From an archaeon (GTDB lineage: Archaea; Nanobdellota; Nanobdellia; Pacearchaeales; GW2011-AR1), in NCBI GenBank assembly GCA_018693315.1, contig JABHLR010000004.1, positions 100,387 through 164,386 of the forward strand: a stretch of DNA of 64,000 bases, in the 5' to 3' direction. A model generated the notes under the pieces. It worked only from the letters and a program-made list of their open reading frames with translations. It was not told the DNA's origin and did not search any database. A program made the position numbers and the translations under genes. Shown piece after piece: positions 26,911-35,440 of this stretch (position 1 is its first letter; each line of letters opens with the position of its first letter).

Positions 26911-28308
26911 CTACACAATTCTGATGAACCACATAAACATCAACAACAAGAACACAAACAAAATCAAGTATCCCATAAACTTATACGCCCTCTTCGCAGC
27001 CTTCTCAGATCTTGTTATTCCCAAAATCGTCAAATAGAAAAACCTACCACCGTCGAGCATTCCAAGCGGCAACATATTAAACAAGGCCACAAGCAAATTG
27101 ATAATCATCACCCACCAGAACAAATAAAGTATAAAGTCAACAAACTCGCCATCCCACGTCGGCTTGTAATAAGTTGACGAATCCTTGAAGCTCATAAACT
27201 TCCCCAAAACTCTTCCAACAGCACCCCTCGGCACATTAACAAGATGCACAACCCCAAGATAAGGCCGACTAGAATTCAAAGGGTGCTCAGCCAAAGCAAT
27301 GTCATACTCATGAACACCATCAACATCCTCAGTCACAAACCTAACTTCATCACCAGGATTACGATCATTCATAAATTCCATAAACTTATCCACACCCTCA
27401 ATCTTCACATCATTGGCTTGGATAATTGCCCCACGCATCTGGGCCAAAACCGCCGGCGCCTCAGGATAAACCACCAAATAATCCTTATTATTATCAACCA
27501 ACTGAATAGCCAACCCATCATCCAAATAATAAGTCCCATTCTCAGTCATCACTTCAGTCATCCCAGTACTATGATTAGCAAACCCAGTAACATTAGTCAG
27601 GGGGACAGCAGCAACACCATACGAATTAAAAATATATCCAGACGCCGCAAACGAACTAAAAAAGAACGCAACATAAAGCCCATAAAATATCAAAGCAAAA
27701 ACAACATTAGCAAAAACCCCAGCACCCAAAACAGCCATCTGATCAACCTTCTTTTTATTTTCAAAACTCTTGTCATCCTGCTCAACAAACGCTCCTAAAA
27801 TCGGACCGAGGAAAACAAGTCCAGTCGACTTAATCTTAATCTTAAACAGCTTCATAAAAATCCCATGACTAAATTCATGAACAATCGCAACAATAGCCAA
27901 AGCTACAATAAAGTAAGTAAAATAAAACGGCGGGAAAAAACTCTCCATTCCAAACAGCTTCGGGAAATACGGAATCAGCGGAGCAATAGGCGGAGCCTTA
28001 ATCAACTTCGTAATCTCAGGGAACAACATATAAATCGCAACAGTCTGCCCCAGCATCCAAACCATAGCAGCCATCAAAACAAAACCAAGCCCAATAATAA
28101 TATACTTCAAAAAATGCAAAGTCCCCTTAAAATTACTACCAATATAATTAATCGCATCAATACCAAACTGCGTCCGATACATAAAAATTATCCCCTCTCG
28201 CTTAAATCCACTAGTGCCCCTTCTCTTATACAAAAACCAGGCCACGAACAAACTAAACAAAACCAAAAACGTCAGATCATAAACAACAAAACTCACCATA
28301 AATATCAA
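26911..28308 (-). CDS. Site-2 protease family (M50) membrane metalloprotease
   Basis: HEFSHGIFMKL (HExxH) and NLLVALFNMLPLGMLDGGRFF (NxxPxxxLDG). The track start is TTG; the likely ATG start is at 28299 (MVSFVV). Confidence 0.85.
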   Translation of the reverse strand: MIFMVSFVVYDLTFLVLFSLFVAWFLYKRRGTSGFKREGIIFMYRTQFGIDAINYIGSNFKGTLHFLKYIIIGLGFVLMAAMVWMLGQTVAIYMLFPEITKLIKAPPIAPLIPYFPKLFGMESFFPPFYFTYFIVALAIVAIVHEFSHGIFMKLFKIKIKSTGLVFLGPILGAFVEQDDKSFENKKKVDQMAVLGAGVFANVVFALIFYGLYVAFFFSSFAASGYIFNSYGVAAVPLTNVTGFANHSTGMTEVMTENGTYYLDDGLAIQLVDNNKDYLVVYPEAPAVLAQMRGAIIQANDVKIEGVDKFMEFMNDRNPGDEVRFVTEDVDGVHEYDIALAEHPLNSSRPYLGVVHLVNVPRGAVGRVLGKFMSFKDSSTYYKPTWDGEFVDFILYLFWWVMIINLLVALFNMLPLGMLDGGRFFYLTILGITRSEKAAKRAYKFMGYLILFVFLLLMFMWFIRIV

Positions 28309-28332
28309 AGATAAAATCCTTTTATAAAACTA

Positions 28333-28497
28333 TTACTTCTTCCTAACTGGCCGAAAATCCTTCTTCCCACATTTCCTACATCTAGCTTTACCAGTCAAAA
28401 TCTTTAAGGGCTCCAGCTTCATCTTATGCTTACACTCTTTACAAACAAACGCATTTTTGAATAGCCTGTTTTGTGCTGCTGGAATTTTAGTTGCCAT
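28333..28497 (-). CDS. rpl40e: Ribosomal protein eL40 (54 aa; below the track cutoff)
   Basis: My translation: MATKIPAAQNRLFKNAFVCKECKHKMKLEPLKILTGKARCRKCGKKDFRPVRKK (C4 zinc ribbon). Confidence 0.75.
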   Translation of the reverse strand: MATKIPAAQNRLFKNAFVCKECKHKMKLEPLKILTGKARCRKCGKKDFRPVRKK

Positions 28498-28529
28498 AAT
28501 TATAATCAAGAATTTTAGTTTTTAAACCT

Positions 28530-28919
28530 TTACAAAACCTTCTTCAAAAGCTTCTCCCCTTCAATGTCCCAATACTCAACCTCTGCGCCATCAACAACCT
28601 GCCCGCTCAACTCTTCAGGAATATCCAAATCAAAATTCTCAAAATTCTCACTATCCATTACACTAACACTCTCGCCATGAATACTCAAAACCTGCGCCGT
28701 CAATTTCGTAATCATAGGAACCTCAAACTTATCATGCCCAGGAACAACCCCAACTTTCTTCTTTCCCGTAAAAGCATTAATCGCCTCAAACCGAACCTTC
28801 GCATGCCCGTGCTTTCCAGTCTTAGAAATATCCATCTTCTTAACCTGATGCGCAACTCCGTCCAGAATCAAATAAGTATTCAACCTCATTTCCGTCGCTT
28901 CAATAACTCGTGCTACCAT
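28530..28919 (-). CDS. eif5a: Translation initiation factor 5A (aIF5A)
   Basis: Hypusination loop SKTGKHGHAKVRF. 129 aa. Confidence 0.95.
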   Translation of the reverse strand: MVARVIEATEMRLNTYLILDGVAHQVKKMDISKTGKHGHAKVRFEAINAFTGKKKVGVVPGHDKFEVPMITKLTAQVLSIHGESVSVMDSENFENFDLDIPEELSGQVVDGAEVEYWDIEGEKLLKKVL

Positions 28920-29000
28920 CTTAACACTTCAAAATAGATTCTCTTTATAAAAGTTTGCCAAAACCACCACTTTTAAAAACCCAAATTCGCTAACTCAAAC

Positions 29001-29660
29001 ATGGCAATAAAGAAAAACGATTTCGTCGAAGTCGAATTCACAGGAAATATCACTGGAACAGATGAAATTTTCGATACAAACATCGAAGCCGACGCAAAAA
29101 AAGCAGAACTCGATCTAAAAAACCTAAAACCATTCGTGCTATCAGTCGGACACGAAATGCTCCCAAAAGGTTTCGACGCAGATATCGAAGGAAAAGAGGC
29201 AGGAAAATCTTACACACTTGATCTAAAGCCAGAAGAAGCATTTGGAAAAAGAAACCCACAAATGATCCGAATGATTCCAACAAAACATTTCCACGAACAA
29301 AAAATCGATCCACAAAGAGGAATGCAACTAGCACTTGACGGGCAACTCGTAAAGGTTCTGTCATCCGATCGAGGCCGAACACTAGTCGACTTCAACAACC
29401 CACTAGCAGGAAAGCCAGTAACCTATACATATAAGATAAACAAAATGGTCACAGACCAAAAAGAAAAGATAGACGCACTCCAAGATTTCCTATTCCGAAA
29501 AGTTTTCGAATTCGACGCAAAAGAAAAAACAGTAACTTTCAAAATCGAAAAACAATTCGAACCATTCATAAAAATATTCGCACCAAAATTCGAAGAAATC
29601 CTAGGATTAAAAATAGAATCCGAAATCGTCGAAAAAAAGAAAGAAGAGAAGAAAGTGTAA
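29001..29660 (+). CDS. FKBP-type peptidyl-prolyl isomerase (long archaeal type with an insert-in-flap)
   Basis: DFVEVEFTGN...GHEMLPKGFDADIEGKEAG...DFNNPLAGKPVTYTYKI. Confidence 0.8.
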   Translation: MAIKKNDFVEVEFTGNITGTDEIFDTNIEADAKKAELDLKNLKPFVLSVGHEMLPKGFDADIEGKEAGKSYTLDLKPEEAFGKRNPQMIRMIPTKHFHEQKIDPQRGMQLALDGQLVKVLSSDRGRTLVDFNNPLAGKPVTYTYKINKMVTDQKEKIDALQDFLFRKVFEFDAKEKTVTFKIEKQFEPFIKIFAPKFEEILGLKIESEIVEKKKEEKKV

Positions 29661-29711
29661 TATTAACTCTAGCACAATATTCTTTAAAAACTCATTTCCA
29701 CAAACCTAAAC

Positions 29712-30836
29712 ATGGAAGATATCCTAACAAGCGGTGATGTGCAGAACTCTCAGCCAACGCAATCCATCCCACAACACAATCCACATTCTGAAATAGACAG
29801 AGAACTAGAAGAAATATTAAAGAAGCAAGCCGCACGAATAAAAGTAATTGGAGTCGGTGGAGCTGGCGGAAACACAACATCGCGGATGCGAACAATCGGA
29901 ATCAAAGGAGGAGAGATTATAGCGATAAACACAGACGCCCAAGACTTACTTTACGCAAACGCCGACCATAAAGTTCTAATTGGCCGAGAAATTTCAAAAG
30001 GATTAGGTGCTGGATCTAACCCGCGAATTGGAGCAGAGGCAGCAAAGGAGCAACAGCAAGACATCAAAAAGAAATTAGCAAATTCTGATTTAGTTTTCGT
30101 AACATGCGGACTTGGTGGCGGAACCGGAACAGGGGCAGCACCAGTCGTAGCCGAAATGGCAAAGAAGCAAGGAGCGCTAGTTATCGGCGTTGTAACATTA
30201 CCATTCACTGTCGAGGGAGCAAAGCGAATCGAAAACGCAATGGAAGGGCTCGAAAGAATGGAGGGAATTGTCGATACACTAATCGTAATTCCGAACGACA
30301 AACTACTAGACCTCGCGCCAGATTTACCATTGCCAACAGCATTTAAAGTTGCGGACGAAATTCTAACAAACGCAGTAAAGGGAATCACAGAATTAGTAAC
30401 ATCATCAGGATTAGTAAACTTAGATTTTGCGGACATCAAAGCAGTTATGGCAAACGGCGGCGTATCTCTAATCGGAATGGGCGAATCTGACTCAAGCGAT
30501 CGAGCAATGGAAGCCGTCGACAAAGCATTAAACAATCCACTATTAGATGTAGATATCAAAAATGCACGAGGAGCCTTAGTGAACGTAATCGGCGGAACAG
30601 ATCTGGCCTTAGACGAATACAAACAAGTCGTACAAAAAATCGGCGAGCAACTTTCCCCGGACGCGAAACTAATCTCAGGAGCACAAATATCAAAAGATCT
30701 AGAAAAATCCCTGAAAGTAATGGTTGTAATCACGGGAGTAAAATCTCCACAGATATCAGGTGAGCGATTACCCGTTGAAGTGGCCCGAAGAAAAGACATG
30801 GAAGGCGAATTGGGAATAGAGTTCTTCGATGAATAA
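29712..30836 (+). CDS. ftsZ: Cell division GTPase FtsZ
   Basis: IKVIGVGGAGGNTTSRM and GLGGGTGTGAAPVVAEMAK. Confidence 0.95.
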   Translation: MEDILTSGDVQNSQPTQSIPQHNPHSEIDRELEEILKKQAARIKVIGVGGAGGNTTSRMRTIGIKGGEIIAINTDAQDLLYANADHKVLIGREISKGLGAGSNPRIGAEAAKEQQQDIKKKLANSDLVFVTCGLGGGTGTGAAPVVAEMAKKQGALVIGVVTLPFTVEGAKRIENAMEGLERMEGIVDTLIVIPNDKLLDLAPDLPLPTAFKVADEILTNAVKGITELVTSSGLVNLDFADIKAVMANGGVSLIGMGESDSSDRAMEAVDKALNNPLLDVDIKNARGALVNVIGGTDLALDEYKQVVQKIGEQLSPDAKLISGAQISKDLEKSLKVMVVITGVKSPQISGERLPVEVARRKDMEGELGIEFFDE

Positions 30837-30873
30837 CCGCCAATCTTAAAAACCCTCAAACCATAATTCTATC

Positions 30874-31056
30874 ATGTCAAGCAAATTCACACGAAAATTA
30901 ACAACCCAGTATCACAAATACTTAAGGGTCTGGAGACTTCTAAAAAAACCAAGCATGGAAGAATTCAGAACAATCTCAAAGGTTTCAGCGATAGGGCTTC
31001 TTGTAATCGGAGCCATCGGTTTCGCGATTTCCATCGCTATTAAAATGACATTCTAA
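30874..31056 (+). CDS. secE: Protein translocase subunit SecE/Sec61-gamma
   Basis: 60 aa. YLRVWRLLKKPSMEEFRTISKVSAIGLLVIGAIGF. secE-spt5-L11 synteny. Confidence 0.8.
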   Translation: MSSKFTRKLTTQYHKYLRVWRLLKKPSMEEFRTISKVSAIGLLVIGAIGFAISIAIKMTF

Positions 31057-31136
31057 CATAGAAACTTTTTTAAACCACAATTTTCTAGCATTTATATCTA
31101 GTTCTTAGAAATCTTTGAACTGGTTTAACCAAGAAA

Positions 31137-31844
31137 ATGGCAATAGGATATGACGACGAATTTGACTACCTCGAAGAAGAGGGTGACAGCAACGCTGCTG
31201 ACGCATTCGCACCAAAGATCAAAGGAGCGAGTAAACCATCTCTAATGCCAGAAGACGCAAACGACGAACCGGCAGAAGAATTAAAAGAAGAAGAAAAAGA
31301 AGTCGAGAAAGAATTAACGGAAAGAGAAAAAGCTCTTAAGAGAGAAGAAGAGGATAGGGCGGAAAAACCAAAGAGAGAAAACGAATCCCAGATTTATATT
31401 GTAAAAGTTACAACAAACAAAGAAGACAAAGCCCTAGAGATGATCGCTGACAAAGTTAAGAAAAAGAAAATCGGAATCTACGCAATTGCACGACCTCACG
31501 GACTACGAGGATACATATTTTTAGAATCCCCAGATCATAAACACGCAGAAGATGCAGTATTCAACTTACCTTACGTAAAAGGAATCATTGGAGAGACAGT
31601 AACTTATGCAAAAGTAAAACAAATGCTTGAGCCAGTTGCAGCAGACATCAAGATCGAAAAGAACGACATCATCGAAATAATCTCAGAACCTTTCAAGAAC
31701 GAAAAGGCAAAGGTTGTCCGAGTTGATAAAGCAAAGAACGAGTGTGTTGTATCCCTATTAGGAGCAGCAGTTCCAATCCCAGTTACAGTAAAGTTAGATA
31801 ACATTAGAGTAATAAGAAGGGAGGAGCTTGAAGACGAGGAGTAA
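31137..31844 (+). CDS. spt5: Transcription elongation factor Spt5 (NusG family) with an approximately 85-aa acidic N-terminal extension
   Basis: NGN core IYIVKVTTNKEDKALEMI...LRGYIFLES and KOW motif IISEPFKNEKAKVVRVD. The N-terminus is D/E/K-rich. Confidence 0.85.
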   Translation: MAIGYDDEFDYLEEEGDSNAADAFAPKIKGASKPSLMPEDANDEPAEELKEEEKEVEKELTEREKALKREEEDRAEKPKRENESQIYIVKVTTNKEDKALEMIADKVKKKKIGIYAIARPHGLRGYIFLESPDHKHAEDAVFNLPYVKGIIGETVTYAKVKQMLEPVAADIKIEKNDIIEIISEPFKNEKAKVVRVDKAKNECVVSLLGAAVPIPVTVKLDNIRVIRREELEDEE

Positions 31845-31874
31845 GTTTTTAAACTGACTTTTCAAAAAACTACA

Positions 31875-32555
31875 ATGGCAGTAATAAAATTAATGGTTGA
31901 GGGTGGAAACATGACTCCAGGACCAGCAGTTGCTCAGCAGCTCGGACCAATGGGAATCAACATGGGGAAGGTAATCTCCGACGTGAACACGGCAACATCA
32001 GAGTTCAAGGGAGTAACAGTTCCAGTCCACTTAACAGTAAACACAGAAACAAAAGAAGTCTCGATTAAAGTTCTGTCCCCGCCAACTTCCGAATTAATCA
32101 AAAAAGAATTAGGAATCGAGAAAGCATCCGGAGCTCGACTAAAACAAAGAGTAGGAAATTTCGCAATCGAGCAAGTTATTTCAGTAGCTAAAGCAAAACA
32201 CGATCACATGCTCTCAAACGATTTCATGGCAACAGTAAAATCCGTAATCGGGACATGCCAAGCACTAGGTATACTAATTGAAAGTAAAGAAGTAAAGGAA
32301 GTTCAAGAAGAAATTGCAGAAGGAAAATACGCCGAAGAAATCTCTGCTCAGAAAACTGATGTTGACCCAGAAAAACGAAAGGAGCTAGACGCTTACTTCG
32401 CAGAGGTTGCAGCAGAACAAGAAGCAGTCCAGAAGGCAGAAGCAGCAGAAGCAGCGGCAGCAGAAGAAGCAAAAGCAGAAGCAGCAGCTACAGCCCCAGC
32501 AGAAGGTGAAGCAGAAGCAGCAGCTACAGCCCCAGCAGAAGAAGCAAAAGCTTAA
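31875..32555 (+). CDS. rpl11: Ribosomal protein uL11 with an Ala/Glu-rich C-terminal extension
   Basis: GGNMTPGPAVAQQLGPMGINMGKVISDVN. The tail contains a 31-nt perfect tandem duplication (32475-32505 and 32511-32541). Confidence 0.9.
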   Translation: MAVIKLMVEGGNMTPGPAVAQQLGPMGINMGKVISDVNTATSEFKGVTVPVHLTVNTETKEVSIKVLSPPTSELIKKELGIEKASGARLKQRVGNFAIEQVISVAKAKHDHMLSNDFMATVKSVIGTCQALGILIESKEVKEVQEEIAEGKYAEEISAQKTDVDPEKRKELDAYFAEVAAEQEAVQKAEAAEAAAAEEAKAEAAATAPAEGEAEAAATAPAEEAKA

Positions 32556-32588
32556 CTTTATTAATCAATAAAATCACCTCATAATCAT

Positions 32589-32661
32589 GGGGATATGGTC
32601 TAGCCTGGTATGATTCGAGGTTTGGGACTTCGCGACCCAGGTTCAAATCCTGGTATCCCCA
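32589..32661 (+). tRNA. tRNA-Pro (anticodon UGG)
   Basis: Hand-folded. Acceptor stem ggggata/tatcccc. Anticodon arm cgagg-tttggga-cttcg. T arm ccagg-ttcaaat-cctgg. Confidence 0.85.
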
Positions 32662-32675
32662 TATAACATTCAAAA

Positions 32676-32891
32676 ATGGCAGTAAAGAAGAAAAAAATCG
32701 GCGCAGCCGGAAGATTCGGCGCAGGGTACGGAAAGGTTAAGCAAAAGCTTATCGCAGTCGAAGCTAAGCAAAGAACAAGGCAAGAGTGCCCATTCTGTAA
32801 AGGCCGAGCAAAAAGACAAGAGCGATCAATCTGGCTATGTTCAAAATGCGGAAAGAAATTTGCTGGAGGAACCTTCCATCTAAAGGATTAA
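32676..32891 (+). CDS. rpl37ae: Ribosomal protein eL43 (L37Ae)
   Basis: GAAGRFGAGYGKV...CPFCKGRAKRQERSIWLCSKCGKKFAGG. Confidence 0.9.
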   Translation: MAVKKKKIGAAGRFGAGYGKVKQKLIAVEAKQRTRQECPFCKGRAKRQERSIWLCSKCGKKFAGGTFHLKD

Positions 32892-32915
32892 AAACCCTTA
32901 TTTGATAAATTTAAC

Positions 32916-33053
32916 ATGGCATCATACAAATGCTTCCATTGCGGAAACAAAATAAAATCAGACGACCTAAAAAAGAGATTCGTATGCCCAGAATGCGGCT
33001 CCAGAATTTTCTACAAACCACGAAATAAAATGAAAACAGTAAGCTCGGATTAA
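32916..33053 (+). CDS. rpoP: RNA polymerase subunit Rpo12/RpoP (45 aa; below the track cutoff)
   Basis: My translation: MASYKCFHCGNKIKSDDLKKRFVCPECGSRIFYKPRNKMKTVSSD (C4 zinc ribbon). It occupies the conserved slot after eL43. Confidence 0.8.
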   Translation: MASYKCFHCGNKIKSDDLKKRFVCPECGSRIFYKPRNKMKTVSSD

Positions 33054-33054
33054 C

Positions 33055-33426
33055 ATGGCAGAAAAACCAGAAGCACCAGTAAACCCATTAGCGAACCTAG
33101 ATGAAGAAACACAACAACAAATTCAACAACTACAAATGATGGAACAAACTTTCCAGCAACTTCTTATGCAAAAGAACGCATTTTCTATGGAACAAAACGA
33201 AACAGATTTCATAATCAAAGAAGTCGAAAAAACTGAAGGCGAAATTTCAAGAATCATTGGGAACCAGGTTGTAATCAAAACAACAAAAGAAGCAATTCTC
33301 GAAGATATGAAAAAGAAAAAAGAATTAATCGATACAAGAATGAAATCTATCGACGAGCAAGAGAAAGAATTCTCTGAAAAAATCGAATCAATCCGAAACG
33401 AAGTTATGAAAAAGATTCAAGGATAA
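33055..33426 (+). CDS. pfdB: Prefoldin beta subunit
   Basis: 123 aa with a coiled-coil/beta-hairpin/coiled-coil layout (QQIQQLQMMEQTFQQLLMQ...). Synteny with eL43 and rpoP. Confidence 0.8.
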   Translation: MAEKPEAPVNPLANLDEETQQQIQQLQMMEQTFQQLLMQKNAFSMEQNETDFIIKEVEKTEGEISRIIGNQVVIKTTKEAILEDMKKKKELIDTRMKSIDEQEKEFSEKIESIRNEVMKKIQG

Positions 33427-33484
33427 TCCAACTATTTCTTTCCACCACATAAATATTTAAATACTGATGCGATGAAAGTATATT

Positions 33485-33877
33485 ATGGTATTCGACAAAT
33501 TCAAAAGAATGATGGGAAGAGATGACGACATTTCTCCAGACTTCATCGAGATAGACTTAGAGCAAGAAAAATCCGACTCCAAAATCTTGATCAAAACATT
33601 CGTCCTAAAAGTTTACGAAGACATCAATCCAATTCTAAACGCACTACGAGAAGGATACACAATCGCAGTTATCGACATTAGAACACTAAAATCAAAAGAC
33701 GTGATCGAACTAAAGAGAGCAATCTCAAAAATAAAGAAAACAGTTGAAGCGCTAGACGGTAAGATAGCAGGATTCGGAGAGAACACAGTTATCGCAACAC
33801 CTTCAAAAGTTTTCGACATCCAAAAGGGCGCAGAAGCTCCAGAAGCCCCAAAGTCAGACGAGATTGAACGATTCTAA
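33485..33877 (+). CDS. sepF: Cell division protein SepF homologue (DUF552)
   Basis: 130 aa. IKTFVLKVYEDINPILNALREGYTIAVIDIRTL...KTVEALDGKIAGFGENTVIATPS. Confidence 0.7.
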   Translation: MVFDKFKRMMGRDDDISPDFIEIDLEQEKSDSKILIKTFVLKVYEDINPILNALREGYTIAVIDIRTLKSKDVIELKRAISKIKKTVEALDGKIAGFGENTVIATPSKVFDIQKGAEAPEAPKSDEIERF

Positions 33878-33878
33878 A

Positions 33879-34091
33879 ATGCCAGATAGCAATTGTAGCT
33901 TTTGCGGAGATGATAATGCATGCGAATATATCTCAAGAACAAGTGATATATCTCAATACGCTCCACTTAATACAACAGCTAGAATTCAGGCCAGAGAAGT
34001 CAAAACATGCAACCAGGACAAATATAAAAGATGCCCATTTGTTGACGAAGCAGCAAAGAGATTAAGTGATAGACTCGTCGCAGACTTCTAA
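33879..34091 (+). CDS. Hypothetical small Cys-containing protein (70 aa)
   Basis: Internal ATG two nt after the sepF stop. MPDSNCSFCGDDNACEY...CNQDKYKRCPF. Confidence 0.35.
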   Translation: MPDSNCSFCGDDNACEYISRTSDISQYAPLNTTARIQAREVKTCNQDKYKRCPFVDEAAKRLSDRLVADF

Positions 34092-34127
34092 CCCCAACTT
34101 TAAAAACCCAATTTCTTACCCTATATT

Positions 34128-34781
34128 ATGAAGACCTTGTTCATAGAAACAAAACGAAAGTTCAAAGATTCAGAGATCAAATACGAACTCCTAGACTCCC
34201 TAGAAGGCGAAACAATCGCACTAGCAGCCACTATCCAATATATAGACCTAGTCCCAAAAGTAAAATCCTACCTAGAATCAAAAGGGAAAAAAGTCATAAT
34301 CAAACAAGGCGCATTCCACAAAGCCCACATCCTAGGCTGCAACTCAACAGCTCTCGACAAATCCGCAGACACAATCCTAATGATAACAGACGGCACATTC
34401 CATGCGATGAACAACGCAATCCAACTCCAGCGAGAAATCTACATCTTCACAACAAACACACTTGACAAAATCGAACAAAAAGAAATCGACGCACACAACA
34501 AAAAAACCGAAACAAAACAAAAGAAATTTCTATTAGCTAATAATATAGGGTTAATCGTATCAACCAAGCACGGCCAACACCAAAAATCAATACACAAAAT
34601 AAAAGAAAAAATAGAGAAAAAAAATAAAAAAGTTTACGTCTTCGAGTCAAACAACATCGACACCAACGAATTCGAGAACTTTCCTCAAATTCAAATGTGG
34701 GTCAACACAGCATGTTTCGGCCTAGCAAGAGACGACATGAGAATCATCAACCTCGCAGACATCTTAAAGCTTATTGCTTAG
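34128..34781 (+). CDS. Dph2-like protein (diphthamide synthesis family), unusually short
   Basis: 217 aa. HILGCN and WVNTACFGLARDD resemble Dph1/Dph2 motifs. Confidence 0.55.
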   Translation: MKTLFIETKRKFKDSEIKYELLDSLEGETIALAATIQYIDLVPKVKSYLESKGKKVIIKQGAFHKAHILGCNSTALDKSADTILMITDGTFHAMNNAIQLQREIYIFTTNTLDKIEQKEIDAHNKKTETKQKKFLLANNIGLIVSTKHGQHQKSIHKIKEKIEKKNKKVYVFESNNIDTNEFENFPQIQMWVNTACFGLARDDMRIINLADILKLIA

Positions 34782-34941
34782 CTTTAATAAAACCGTAAAC
34801 ACCAATTATTATAACGAACACCGCTAATACCCAAGCAGTAATTCCTTCAACCAAATTTCCTAATTGAGTAACCCCCACTAAAGGAAGAATCATCAAAATT
34901 CCCAAAATCGTTATAAGCGTATAGTCAAATTTATTCAACAT
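34771..34941 (-). CDS. Hypothetical 56-aa two-TM membrane protein (below the track cutoff)
   Basis: My translation: MLNKFDYTLITILGILMILPLVGVTQLGNLVEGITAWVLAVFVIIIGVYGFIKAKQ. Preceded by the strong SD-like ggaggtaaaaa. Confidence 0.45.
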   Translation of the reverse strand: MLNKFDYTLITILGILMILPLVGVTQLGNLVEGITAWVLAVFVIIIGVYGFIKAKQ

Positions 34942-34976
34942 TTTTACCTCCTTTCAATCACCTTTTAATTTTTATA

Positions 34977-35345
34977 TCAAATCTTCGCCATCGAAAACAC
35001 AGTCTTCAACGCAACAACAATCGTCGCCGGCACAAACAACATCAGCAACGAGCCAAGTACATTCCTCAACGAAGTCACAACATAATTATTCAAAGCAACA
35101 TATTTCAAAGGCTCCATCCCCAAGGCCCCAACAATAACCAACGAAAGACTCGCCATCAAAAAAGTCTTCGAATCTTTATCCCCAACATTCATAAAACCAA
35201 CAATCAAACCAATAAGAACCAACGCAGAATAAAACATTCCATCAGCAGACGAAAGCGATTCATTAAATAAACCAAAAATTATAGCCAAAACTACACCAAC
35301 CAAGAAGGCATATGCACCCAACAAATTCTCTCTAGACTTTACCAT
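34977..35345 (-). CDS. Hypothetical 4-TM membrane protein
   Basis: 122-aa hydrophobic ORF. No family recognised. Confidence 0.5.
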   Translation of the reverse strand: MVKSRENLLGAYAFLVGVVLAIIFGLFNESLSSADGMFYSALVLIGLIVGFMNVGDKDSKTFLMASLSLVIVGALGMEPLKYVALNNYVVTSLRNVLGSLLMLFVPATIVVALKTVFSMAKI

Positions 35346-35440
35346 CTTATATCATATCGACGACTAAATAATATATAAACCTTATTATGCCATTAAACAA
35401 CAGAAATCTTTATAAACTATAGTAACTCAAGAATTACAAC

